Positions 1 to 9,325 of a stretch of 64,000 bases of DNA are shown here, one piece after another. The DNA is from an uncultured virus (IMG/VR IMGVR_UViG_3300024432_002033) (Duplodnaviria > Heunggongvirae > Uroviricota > Caudoviricetes), in the IMG/VR virus record IMGVR_UViG_3300024432_002033; one strand, given 5' to 3'. The notes under the pieces are model-generated. The model was not told where the DNA came from. It saw only the letters and a list, made by a program, of their open reading frames with translations, and made no database searches. Position numbers and translations under genes: made by a program. Each line of letters opens with the position of its first letter. The first letter of the stretch is position 1.

Positions 1-204
1 ATGACTGAAGAAACTAAGGCCAAGATCCTCAAGGTTTTCGAGGATGCCTATCCTCAAGATCTCTCAATCAGTGAGGTCTCTAGAAGGGCTCAGTTTTCCG
101 AGGTGACTGGTGCCACTTATGTGAGGATACTAGAGGCTGAGGGTAAAATCGAGTTCGCTAGGTTAGTTGGAAGGGCAAAGATGTTCAAGTTGAAACGTGT
201 ATAA
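1..204 (+). CDS. small winged-helix DNA-binding protein
   Basis: 67 aa with HTH 'LSISEVSRRAQFSEVTGATYVRILEAEGKI' and a wing. Confidence 0.75.
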   Translation: MTEETKAKILKVFEDAYPQDLSISEVSRRAQFSEVTGATYVRILEAEGKIEFARLVGRAKMFKLKRV

Positions 205-454
205 ATCTTAACGAGTCGAAGGTCGATGAGCCGTCCTAAATTCATGATCCCTCGGCCTCCATAATCGATTCCGTCTCCTTCCTCAGCGATGGCGTCGCGC
301 GCACGCTGGGTCGAGATGTCATTAGGATTGAGGATTGGATAAGAGTTGGATCTCCACATTTAACGACCTCCCACTCACCCAAACATGGGTTCCATTTTTA
401 TCATCCCCCACTTGCGCCTTACTCGTGACCGACTCCCTCAACTGCCGTCCTTGT

Positions 455-1704
455 AGGCGTAAGGTCCTAGCTGATCTTTAAGAACTCGTATGCGTGATCT
501 TAATGTTTTATCGGACGTACAGGTATCGGCTGTATCCAAGCAAGACTCAGACGATGATTCTGGAAGAGCAGCTGGAGCTGTGCAGGGCGGTCTATAATCT
601 TTTACTTAATTATTGCAAGCAACAATACAAGGAGACGGAAAGAACTCCAACAGAGTTTGACTTGAATAATCTTCTCGTCACCATGAAACGGCTGAGACCT
701 GAGATATCCCCAGTCTTTTCCCAGGTTCTCCAGAACATCGCCAAACGGATCAGGAGCGCCTACACGGGGTTCTACGCTAGGCGCAGAGCGGGATTGAAGG
801 CTGGCCTCCCCCGATTCAAAAAGCATGGGCGATACAAGAGTATCACCTATCCTCAGCGTGGTTTCAAGATTGAAGGGAATAGGTTGATTCTCTCCAAGAT
901 AGGGAACATACGGATAAGGCAGCACAGGGAGCTCCCGGAGAAGACCAAGACCCTCACGGTCAAGCGGAATCCCTCGGGGAGGTGGTATGCCTGCTTCAGC
1001 TGCATAGTGGAAGCCCAGCTCAGGGAGAAGCCCCTCGAGGATGTGGGAATAGACGTGGGGCTCCACAGCTACGCGGTGCTCAGCGACGGAACCAAGATTG
1101 AGAACCCCCGGTTTTACAGGGAGTCGGAGAAGAGACTGGCCCACCTGCAGAGAGGGATGTCACGAAAGGAGAGGGCGAGCCGGAACTGGGTCAAGGCGAA
1201 AGCCAAGGTATCTCGGCTCCACGGGAGAATTGGGAACCGGAGAACCGACTTTCTACACAAGAAATCAAGGAAGATAATGGACACCTATGGAACCGTATAC
1301 TTTGAAGATTTAAAGATCAGAAACATGGTCAGGAACCACTGTTTCGCCAAGTCGATAAGCGATGCTGGCTGGGGACGTTTCATCGGGATGATAGCCTACA
1401 AGGCTGAAAGTGCTGGAGGCAGAGTCATCCAGGTGAACCCCAGAAACACCACCCAGACATGTTCTCGATGCGGAGAACGGGTAAGTAAAACCCTATCCGA
1501 TAGAATCCATGAGTGCCCATCTTGTGGGTTGGTGATGGACAGGGATCTGAATGCGGCGCTCAACATCCTCGCGAGAGGACGAGAGATACGGCGGGAACCG
1601 CCGGAATCTAGGCCTGTGGAGGACAAGGCCACTACACCATCTACAATGGTGCAAGCCTATCCAGCGAAACAGGAAGCCTCCCTACTTGTAGGGAGGTAGT
1701 TCAC
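455..1704 (+). mobile_element. IS200/IS605-family (IS1341-type, tnpB-only) element
   Basis: tnpB followed by right-end hairpin GAAG-CCTCCCTAC TT GTAGGGAGG-TAGTTCAC ending at 1704; left end inferred after TTGT (451-454); no tnpA. Confidence 0.75.
494..1699 (+). CDS. tnpB: RNA-guided endonuclease TnpB (start may be ATG 503)
   Basis: YRYRLYP N-terminus, RuvC residues GIDVG / FEDL / DRDLNAA, CxxC-CxxC zinc finger. Confidence 0.95.
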   Translation: MILMFYRTYRYRLYPSKTQTMILEEQLELCRAVYNLLLNYCKQQYKETERTPTEFDLNNLLVTMKRLRPEISPVFSQVLQNIAKRIRSAYTGFYARRRAGLKAGLPRFKKHGRYKSITYPQRGFKIEGNRLILSKIGNIRIRQHRELPEKTKTLTVKRNPSGRWYACFSCIVEAQLREKPLEDVGIDVGLHSYAVLSDGTKIENPRFYRESEKRLAHLQRGMSRKERASRNWVKAKAKVSRLHGRIGNRRTDFLHKKSRKIMDTYGTVYFEDLKIRNMVRNHCFAKSISDAGWGRFIGMIAYKAESAGGRVIQVNPRNTTQTCSRCGERVSKTLSDRIHECPSCGLVMDRDLNAALNILARGREIRREPPESRPVEDKATTPSTMVQAYPAKQEASLLVGR

Positions 1705-1857
1705 AGACCATTACGAAGGGCTCTACTTCAAACTCTCTGAGTTTTGAGAAGCGATGATAGTCCTGTTCATGGCTGGTGTTGAATCCGACGAGCAGATAGA
1801 CCATGATCCGACCAGGGTAGACGCCGACGTCGCATTTTTTGGATGCCGCGGAGAACT
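1705..1857 (-). pseudogene. fragment of a second copy of the radical SAM gene, cut by the tnpB element
   Basis: RIMVYLLVGFNTSHEQDYHRFSKLREFEVEPFVM nearly equals the C-terminal part of 1870..2826; frameshifted at its 5' side; another relic (TPSLRKETESIME) at about 258-297. Confidence 0.8.
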
Positions 1858-1869
1858 CATTTCTCGTTC

Positions 1870-2826
1870 TCAACGAGTAGATGATTTTTCAGTCTCCAGA
1901 ATCGATTCCGTCTCTTTCCTCAGTGACGGCGTCAAACGATCATAGTCAACAAAGTCGAAATTCTTGTAGAACCAGGGCCTGTTAACCCACCGGGCGAAAT
2001 AGCGTATCCAGGGGTCATCCCTTCGATTGTTGTAGATCATGACGAAAGGCTCTACGTCAAGCTCCCTGAGCTTGGAGAAACGATGATAGTCCTGCTGATG
2101 GCTGGTATTGAATCCGACAAGTAAATAGACCATGATCCGCTGAGGGTGGATACCGGCATCAATCATCTTCTGGATGCCACGGAGAACTGGCTTTTCGGTC
2201 TCAACGAGATCCCATGCGAAATAATATTTTCTGGACGTGAAATGGGAATTATACGATTGGGTCTCAGCGAGAGCGGACGCCTTCTCATCATCTACGAGCC
2301 GGGCATCCAATCCCTGGTTGAAACTGACCTTAAGGCCATGATCCCGGATATACTCGAGTTTCTCCCTCCAACGAGCCGATGCCAAGAAATTGTTATCAAA
2401 TAACATCAATTTATCGAAGCTCGGGTTATGAAACTCATTTATCGGGGCGTGCTCCCTGAATTTCCCCTCAATCTCCGGGACGATGCAGAACGGACAGTCC
2501 CTGATGCAGCCCCTCGTCGAGAAGCCCATACTATAATCCATATCGGGATAAAGCCCGTAATCGGGCATACTATGCTCCATCTCATCGGGAAGAAAATTTG
2601 GGCGTCCAAGGGCTGGCCCCCCAATCCTGACGTCAGCATCAGGATAGAATTTGGCCACGCCCCGAGCATTAGGCAGGTTCTCAGAAAAGATGCAGCTGAT
2701 ATAGACCCTGTCCGGCTTCGCCCACGCCCATCCAACCTCATCCCCCTCCCGTTTATGATAGGCACTTATCTTCATCAGAGCCAGATTCGGCATCTTCGAA
2801 TCAATATCAACCAATAGCACCTTCAA
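1870..2826 (-). CDS. radical SAM protein (virus-associated type)
   Basis: TRGCIRDCPFC CxxxCxxC motif, DNN and QGLD motifs, N-terminal PNLALMKIS. Confidence 0.9.
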   Translation of the reverse strand: MKVLLVDIDSKMPNLALMKISAYHKREGDEVGWAWAKPDRVYISCIFSENLPNARGVAKFYPDADVRIGGPALGRPNFLPDEMEHSMPDYGLYPDMDYSMGFSTRGCIRDCPFCIVPEIEGKFREHAPINEFHNPSFDKLMLFDNNFLASARWREKLEYIRDHGLKVSFNQGLDARLVDDEKASALAETQSYNSHFTSRKYYFAWDLVETEKPVLRGIQKMIDAGIHPQRIMVYLLVGFNTSHQQDYHRFSKLRELDVEPFVMIYNNRRDDPWIRYFARWVNRPWFYKNFDFVDYDRLTPSLRKETESILETEKSSTR

Positions 2827-2831
2827 CCAAC

Positions 2832-4395
2832 TCAGCTCCCGAACGGCGTGACGCCTTCCGGAGGCTCACGGTACTTGCCTCCCCGGATCCTACGCAGCGA
2901 CATCTCCACGTATTCGGGCACAATGTCTATTCCGATGAAGCGCCTGCCGAGGCGTCGCGCCACCCTGAGAGCGGTCCCGCTGCCACAGAAGGGATCGAAG
3001 ACAACACCTCCAACCCACGGCTCTCCACATCCGCAGTCAGACCAGCCGACCGTGACATATTCTGCATCGAGGACCTTATCGTAGCGCATGCCTCTCTTCA
3101 GGTCATCCTTATGATTATGAACGGACTTCCCGAGGCTCTCAGCATATCTAGGAGATGGCTCGGAGATCCGCGTCCTTGCCTCTCCACACTTACTGCATAC
3201 CCACCTAGGACAACCAGCCTTCACCATAGGCTCAACGAGACTCGGAGGAAACGTGGAGAAATGAGCCGCGGGAAACGGCATAGTCGGGACGCTCCATAAA
3301 TCCGCGGGGTTCTTCCCTCGTGGATCATGTTCCTTCACATGAAGCGGGTCGGCGTAGCTGCGATCACTCCTTCCCACCGCTATCTCATGTTTCGTCAATT
3401 CTTCCTCAACATCACCGAATTTACGGGATAGGCCTCGGGCTATGTCGATAGGCCTGTTAGCGTTACGGGATTCAGACCTCTCCCCCCTGAGAGCCAGCGT
3501 CTTAGGGCCACCCGGCTGATTTTCGATATTTTTCTGCCTGATCCTCAGCAATGTCCCTTTTGAGAGGGGCTTCCTGATCGCGTCGAGGTCGAAATAGTAC
3601 CGCCTCTGCTTGACGAACAGGAAGACGTGCTCATAGGAATTGGTGAGCCTGTCTTTCACGCTTGAAGGCATGTGGTTTTTTTTGTACCAAATTAGATCAT
3701 TTCTTAGGGTCCAGCCATCGTGTTGGAGGGCGATGGCTACTCGCCAGGGGATTCCGAGAAGCTGCTTGGGCTGAAGCCAGTTGGAACGAGACTTGGAGGA
3801 TTGTCGATAGTGGGCTGGTTGCCCCTTGTCGGGCATGAACTTCTCATATTGCCCGCCTTTACCACCTGAGCCATAGTAAGTATCTCCGAGATTGAGCCAA
3901 AACGTGGCCCCTGGCTTCAGAACCCGTTTGATCTCCCGGCATATTCCCACCATGTGATCCACGTACATCTGTGGGTGGGGTTCGAGTCCGAGGCTGCCCC
4001 GCCAGGCCCCGCATTCAGAGCAGAGTTGGCCGGCTTCGGAGGGATGATGTTTCTCAGCGATTGTAACCTTCTTGTGTCCACCCCCGATATAGTCCTCCTT
4101 AGACCTCTCGGCGAACCCTATGTTTCTATGGTCATCTTTTGCAGCTGGGAGCGATTCCCCCCATTCATGTTCACATTCAGGGAGGCCTCCCCAAATCCGA
4201 ACCGAATCGGTGCCATAGTCGCGGAGGCCCCATTCCACGAAGTGAGGATAATCCTCGACGTTATCCTCGACTTCTATATGGTGGGCTCGTGACCACGCAG
4301 TCGACGAAGTCGGCGGGCATGCGCCGCATTAGGTCTACGCAGTCTCCGCAGAGAACTTGGTTGTGCCAGTCCAGGGCCTCACCTCCTAACCTCAT
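2832..4395 (-). CDS. N4-C/N6-A DNA methyltransferase (beta class), split by an intron: exon 1 4395 (or CTG 4374)..4276, exon 2 4232..2832
   Basis: exon 1 NQVLCGDC...VDCVVTSPPY; exon 2 WGLRDYG...LNLGD...DPFCGSGT; GGAGGTG SD before CTG 4374; Cys-rich insertions. Confidence 0.9.
4233..4275 (-). other. 43-nt bulge-helix-bulge-type intron in mRNA
   Basis: AGAAGTCGAGGATAACGTCGAGGATTATCCTCACTTCGTGGAA; central helix CCAU/GUGG, bulges AU^A and AA^U, inner stem GAAGU-GAGGAUAA/UUAUCCUC-ACUUC. Confidence 0.85.
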
Positions 4396-4409
4396 TTACC
4401 ATGTTGTCG

Positions 4410-4799
4410 CTATCTCCAGACTTTGATTCCTCTTTGATGCTGTAGGTATCGTGCCATCAGCTCCGCAATGTCGCCGGCAACGAAGAGTACGCGTCGATCC
4501 TTCACGAAGATTAGGATCTCTCTTTTGGTGATCTCCTTCAGCCCTCTGGGTTCAATGTACTCATCAAGAAGTATCTGGGCTAACTCCTCGGCTACTCTAT
4601 ATTTTGGACTCAGTAGCTTTCGATGCAGTGTTATCGCGTCGTTGACCTGGACGATATCGGCATCAGGTACTTTGTAAACGGTGGCCCTGGGTCCTCCCTT
4701 GGAACGCATTTCACTTGGCATTCTTACTGCGGGCTCGATGATGTCCAGGTTTTTCAGTTTCGTAATATATCGATAGACCTTGGAATCATCTATTTTCAA
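4410..4799 (-). CDS. winged-helix protein; frame stays open upstream to about 5053
   Basis: YYFLDYGAATSLILQQKLKIDDSKVYRYITKLKNLDII HTH begins upstream of the listed TTG. Confidence 0.65.
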   Translation of the reverse strand: MKIDDSKVYRYITKLKNLDIIEPAVRMPSEMRSKGGPRATVYKVPDADIVQVNDAITLHRKLLSPKYRVAEELAQILLDEYIEPRGLKEITKREILIFVKDRRVLFVAGDIAELMARYLQHQRGIKVWR

Positions 4800-5019
4800 T
4801 TTTTGTTGAAGAATGAGGGAGGTCGCCGCCCCGTAGTCTAGGAAGTAGTAAAGGGTGTTTCTAAGATCTTCGAGCCCTAGGATCCCACCTAGTTGAACTA
4901 CATCTAGGTTAGTTGCATTTTTTAAGATTAGCTTGTCGAGTTCCTCGTGTATTAAATTGTGGTTGATTCCGCGTAGACGTACAACTAACCTAATGAATCT
5001 AATTAGATAGTATAGAGAG

Positions 5020-5445
5020 TTAGTTCCAAATTTTAAAGATAACTTCCTCCTTGGTTAAATGTTCACACAATGCCTTGCCGAAGAGAATCGGTCGACCATC
5101 ATCGTCTTCCATAGGCCCCTTAGGCTCATCGCGGGCTTTCATCCAGATCTGGGCGGTGTGGCATGGCTGGGTGCAGGAGTTGTATCCTCGACAGCTTATG
5201 CAGCAGACGCCGTCCGGTCCACCCATCTGGCAGAGATGGCCTGCGTTACACAGATATCTGCGATGGAATACGGGCTTCTCCATTTTTGGAGGTTCCTTGC
5301 GCGCGCGCAGGCAGCCTGGACACATGGACAGTGTCCCTGAGTACGTTGCTCCACAATGGGGACATACCGTAAATCCATCTGCTGTCTTGAATTCCACACA
5401 TTCACCCCTTGAGCCTAACCTTACCATCCACGACTTCGATGTCAA
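5020..5445 (-). CDS. Cys-rich zinc-ribbon protein
   Basis: CPHC/CPGC plus a further Cys cluster. Confidence 0.6.
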   Translation of the reverse strand: MTSKSWMVRLGSRGECVEFKTADGFTVCPHCGATYSGTLSMCPGCLRARKEPPKMEKPVFHRRYLCNAGHLCQMGGPDGVCCISCRGYNSCTQPCHTAQIWMKARDEPKGPMEDDDGRPILFGKALCEHLTKEEVIFKIWN

Positions 5446-5623
5446 GGAGATGCAGCCGAGGTCGTATCGTTTCCTTCATGTAGCCCTTTTTCCTGAGATA
5501 TTCCAGGAGTTCCTCTAAGGGCATCTCACCCTCGTTGGTCTGTAAGGTCTTCTTTATGAGGCGTCTAAGGGACCCCTTGCCCCTGAGGGTGTCCCACTTA
5601 CCGCGCACTTTCATCACTTCCAT
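5402..5623 (-). CDS. small wHTH-like protein
   Basis: 73 aa, overlapping operon packing, MPLEELLEYLRKKG. Confidence 0.5.
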   Translation of the reverse strand: MEVMKVRGKWDTLRGKGSLRRLIKKTLQTNEGEMPLEELLEYLRKKGYMKETIRPRLHLLDIEVVDGKVRLKG

Positions 5624-5981
5624 CCTTCAGGAGCTCTATGAGGGCGTTCGTCAGGCGTCGGGCGTCGAGAATGTCCATGCAGGTGAAGTTGACGAGCTCG
5701 TCGAGCTTGGGAATCAGGTATGTGATGGGCTCTCTACATTTTGGGCAGAGAATGGTTTTCTCGACCTGATCGGGTTTATGGTCCCATTCAAGGTTGAAAT
5801 CCTCAAGGTTTTCGTAGGTCCCCCCTATCTGATGGAAGACCAGGTGTTCGCTCTCCCTTGGATAGACAATTCTCTCGTTGTCTGGAAACTTATTTCTACT
5901 AAGTAGGATCGTTGTATCCATGCCTGAGATCGTATCCTTGATAGTCAGGAACCTATTCCTTTTCTCACTCATCCCCCTCAA
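5598..5981 (-). CDS. hypothetical protein with CPKC motif
   Basis: operon-packed ORF. Confidence 0.55.
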   Translation of the reverse strand: MRGMSEKRNRFLTIKDTISGMDTTILLSRNKFPDNERIVYPRESEHLVFHQIGGTYENLEDFNLEWDHKPDQVEKTILCPKCREPITYLIPKLDELVNFTCMDILDARRLTNALIELLKDGSDESAR

Positions 5982-6107
5982 CCGCCTCAGTCGACATTTT
6001 ATCGAGAAGCTCCAGAAACTTCATTGCCACCCCTAAGCCATCCAGCGTGAAGGGCACTACGAGAGACCAGGGGCCCACGTAGATCGTCAGCTGCTCCATT
6101 CTAGTCA

Positions 6108-6455
6108 TCATCCTCCTAACGGTCCTCGATCTCCCTCAATCTCTGGCAATTCCCCTAGGCCTTTATCCTGGAGGCGTCGGAACCTGATAGCCACATTATC
6201 CCCCGTTCGATAGACCCTTCCCTCTATTTGCCCCTCGAGGGACAGAGCCACAAGCCGACGGAAATACCAGTTATCCGTGTGGGAGATCCCCGTCGTCAGG
6301 GCGACCTCGTAGATCATCCTGAAGAATACGATGTAACCGAAGGCCGAGTTCACGTGATTCAGGATAGCCTGAGACACTGGCCCGAGCTCGCTCATAATTT
6401 TAGGCTCCCATCGACCCTCTTCAGGAGGTCGTATTTTTCGATGAGCGTCTTCCAA
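6108..6455 (-). CDS. hypothetical protein (likely start MSELG at about 6395)
   Basis: operon-packed ORF. Confidence 0.5.
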   Translation of the reverse strand: MEDAHRKIRPPEEGRWEPKIMSELGPVSQAILNHVNSAFGYIVFFRMIYEVALTTGISHTDNWYFRRLVALSLEGQIEGRVYRTGDNVAIRFRRLQDKGLGELPEIEGDRGPLGG

Positions 6456-6575
6456 GCCGGATGCAGGATTTCCTCGTTCTCCTTATCTGCAAGAAGATAG
6501 GCATCAGCGAAGGCCTTCAGAAATGATCCATAGTCACCATTGTAGACGCGCACGGCGACGGTATGCAGCACTTCC

Positions 6576-6692
6576 TCAACCTCCAGTCTTCTCCCTCCTG
6601 AGGCGCGCCCAGCAAACCGGGCCTACACCGCGCTCAACGCTCACCGGATTGGATAGTCTACGACCACAGATTCGACAATTCGTTGAATTCAT
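6576..6692 (-). CDS. 38-aa DUF6011-like zinc finger (not in ORF track)
   Basis: MNSTNCRICGRRLSNPVSVERGVGPVCW, AAGGAG SD. Confidence 0.75.
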   Translation of the reverse strand: MNSTNCRICGRRLSNPVSVERGVGPVCWARLRREKTGG

Positions 6693-6693
6693 G

Positions 6694-7020
6694 TCAGTTC
6701 TCCTTGTAGAACTGGAGAGCCTCATTGAGCGAGTCGACGAGATGACGGGTCCCGAGTTTCACCAAGGTTATCGAACTGTATAACTTCTCATCGCCCTTAT
6801 CGCGCTCATCGCGCTTTTTGTAACCTAATTCCAATCCCTGAATAACGTATTCTCGGGCGTCCTCGAACTCCTCTTGAGAGTCGTACTCTCCCTCGAGGGC
6901 CTTTATCCAAAACAAGGTCTCTCCGCCCATTGGGGTGAAGGTATCCACGAAAATCGTTAATGGCTCATGGGTGATTGGATCAGTCACCGTGAAGAGCTTG
7001 CTGTAATTTTCAGTGGCCAT
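6694..7020 (-). CDS. hypothetical protein, first gene after promoter repeat A
   Basis: 108-aa ORF. Confidence 0.65.
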   Translation of the reverse strand: MATENYSKLFTVTDPITHEPLTIFVDTFTPMGGETLFWIKALEGEYDSQEEFEDAREYVIQGLELGYKKRDERDKGDEKLYSSITLVKLGTRHLVDSLNEALQFYKEN

Positions 7021-7025
7021 CTAAC

Positions 7026-7097
7026 TTCGATAAAACGAGTTCTGGCTTTCGTACTCCCCTTTTAAGGTTTACTCTAGTTTGGTTCGTATCTGCGAAC
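7026..7097 (-). promoter_or_regulatory. promoter repeat A, copy 1
   Basis: GTTCGCAGATACGAACCAAAC...CTTAAAAGGGGAGT...CGTTTTATCGAAG. Confidence 0.75.
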
Positions 7098-7793
7098 AAA
7101 CCAGGCAGGCGAGACAGCCTGATATAGTACTCCAACCTTCCTCACGAGATTCACCCTAAGGAGTTCATTCAGGGTATCGCTCAGTTTCCCCTTTGAGCAA
7201 CCGACGATGCGGCGGATATCGGTGTGCCTCTGGGCTCCACCGGCTTCCCATAGAACGAACCAGATCCAGGTCTCTAAACTCAGGGCGCAGAGGGAGTTGA
7301 GGAAATCCTTGGTGATCTCCTCGGGCTCGGCGTAGGACTTTAGGAGCCCGCGGAGTTTTTCAACTATAAGATCTTCCTGACCGAGGAGCAGCAACTCATC
7401 GAATCCGCTCTCCGCCATCATTTTCTCCCACTTCAGGCCGTCAGGTTCACTAATGCGAATCAACCAGGCGGGCGACACAGCCTGATATAGTACTCCAACC
7501 ATCTTCACGAGACCCACCCCATGGAGTTTTTTTTTCAGGGTATCGCTCAGTTTCCCCTTTGAGCAGCCGACGACGCGGCGGATATCGGTGAATCTCTGGA
7601 CTCCACCGGCTTCCCATAGGATGAACCAGATCCAGGACTCTAAACCCAGGGCGCAGAGAGACTTGAGGAAATCCTTGGTGATCTCCTCGCGGCGGTTGAA
7701 TTCGGCGTAGGACTTGAGGAGCCCGTGGAGGGTTACGACTGTGAGATCTTTCTGACTGAGGATCTGCAACTTATCGAAGCCGCTCTCCGCCAT
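7074..7793 (-). CDS. tandem-duplicated winged-helix (HxlR/ArsR-like) regulator
   Basis: two near-identical units with TDIRRxVGCSKGKLSDTL. Confidence 0.8.
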   Translation of the reverse strand: MAESGFDKLQILSQKDLTVVTLHGLLKSYAEFNRREEITKDFLKSLCALGLESWIWFILWEAGGVQRFTDIRRVVGCSKGKLSDTLKKKLHGVGLVKMVGVLYQAVSPAWLIRISEPDGLKWEKMMAESGFDELLLLGQEDLIVEKLRGLLKSYAEPEEITKDFLNSLCALSLETWIWFVLWEAGGAQRHTDIRRIVGCSKGKLSDTLNELLRVNLVRKVGVLYQAVSPAWFVRRYEPN

Positions 7794-8203
7794 CCTCTTC
7801 CTCCACTTCAGGCCTGTCCCCAGAGGCTGAGTGCGCCAGCGTAGATTTCGAGTACGCCAACAGTAGATTTCTAGTGGACTTCCAGCACCCTATTTGGTCC
7901 AAGTCGTATATTGTGCTTTGTTTACGTGGATTTGGAATTCAGCGGGCCCAGTCTACCATGAAACGTGTCCTCTTAACACGGAAATGTCAAATTAACATGA
8001 GACATTCCCAGCCTGAATGGACATTACACAAAGGAGGCAAAAAACCACAGCCTGCGCCCTCAAATTGATGCGCGCGAATATATGGGTGCATGAGCGCGCA
8101 CCTAGTGTCGCATGAACGTCGCACACAGGAAAATGTTATAAGCATTATCATTTAATATTATTCACAAGTATCGTATCCGCCGTTAATTCCTGGAGATATG
8201 TAA

Positions 8204-9265
8204 TTGGTTCGAAAAAGTTTACACGAAACGACGTTTCCCAAAGTCAAAAAATACATGTCCGAATCAGATAGAGCAGTAACACCGAAGGATGTGGCTCAAT
8301 TTCTTGGGATGTCAATCTCGGGAGCCAGTAGCGTCCTGCAACTGATGGAAGTATTTAAAATCGTCCAGAAGGTGAAGAGGGGAAGAAACCATTACTTCGT
8401 CCTGAAGGATGTCTACGACGATGAGCAAATTTCAGCCATGCTTCCTCCCGAGAGAGTCGCCTATATACCTAAACGCCGACGCTCTATTTCGAGGCAATAC
8501 TCACCGCCAGCTGACAACGGCCTGGAGGAATACCTGTTTGCCGTCAGATCGCAACCAGGTTCAGGTGATGGTCTCTCCGCCTTGTCGATGATCGGTTTAT
8601 CCCAGCAAGAGACCGCTGAGGAGGTTACGTCGACAAAGGAATTGCCTGTGGACCTAGGTATAAGCACTCTAGATGATCTAAGCATAGACATCGAGGTCGA
8701 GGAGAGGAAGTTTGGAGTCCCAATAAGGAAGGAGGCCTTCGCTACGGTAAAGTATCTTCCCAAGGATGTGCGGTTATTGAATAGCGGTGAGGCAAGGTAT
8801 CTCAAGAAACAGCTGAGGATTTTGGATGGATACGAGGATATCGAGGAGTTCAGAACAGTGTTCGCCAAATTCTCAGCCCTCGAATACGGGAGATACGGTA
8901 ATGAACTGTACTTCTCCATGGGAACGAACCAATGGGACTACGTTAAGAAGGTCACGATTGATCGGTCTATATCCGATTTCATAATGTTACCCATTATCGA
9001 GAGGAAAAGATGGTCTTCATGGAACCAATTCCTGATGGGCCTCAAGGAAACTAGGGAAAAATATGGCAAAGAAGAGTACGACAAGATAATCGATCAGTTC
9101 ATGGAATCTGGGCATAACCTCGTTGAGATGACTGTTGAGAACAGGAAGGCAAACTATGTCAAGAGCGTCCTTAGAAAGAGAATAAGCGAAAGAGGGCTTG
9201 AGGGACAGATCAAGGCCTCACATGTAGATGAATGGATTTACCTAGAAAGAGTTGAACAAAACTAA
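8204..9265 (+). CDS. N-terminal wHTH protein with C-terminal domain paralogous to the next ORF
   Basis: VTPKDVAQFLGMSISGASSVL HTH; YDKIIDQF...VEMTVE...YLER. Confidence 0.7.
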   Translation: MVRKSLHETTFPKVKKYMSESDRAVTPKDVAQFLGMSISGASSVLQLMEVFKIVQKVKRGRNHYFVLKDVYDDEQISAMLPPERVAYIPKRRRSISRQYSPPADNGLEEYLFAVRSQPGSGDGLSALSMIGLSQQETAEEVTSTKELPVDLGISTLDDLSIDIEVEERKFGVPIRKEAFATVKYLPKDVRLLNSGEARYLKKQLRILDGYEDIEEFRTVFAKFSALEYGRYGNELYFSMGTNQWDYVKKVTIDRSISDFIMLPIIERKRWSSWNQFLMGLKETREKYGKEEYDKIIDQFMESGHNLVEMTVENRKANYVKSVLRKRISERGLEGQIKASHVDEWIYLERVEQN

Positions 9266-9325
9266 TTTCTTCATAAAGGGGTGCGCTGACGTTACTCTAA
9301 AGCGACTTTCACGCAAATGTTATAA

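Noticed and set aside
3975..4004. GGTTCGAGTCC...CCGCCA resembling a tRNA 3' half
   Set aside because: T-stem does not pair, no cloverleaf, and it is the antisense of methylase coding sequence
4990..5015. BHB-like fold in the 5' extension of the 4410 gene
   Set aside because: The predicted 15-nt excision does not restore the reading frame
7830..7880. Imperfect CGCCA..GTAGATTTC.AGT pair as an origin
   Set aside because: Only two short imperfect copies with no supporting evidence
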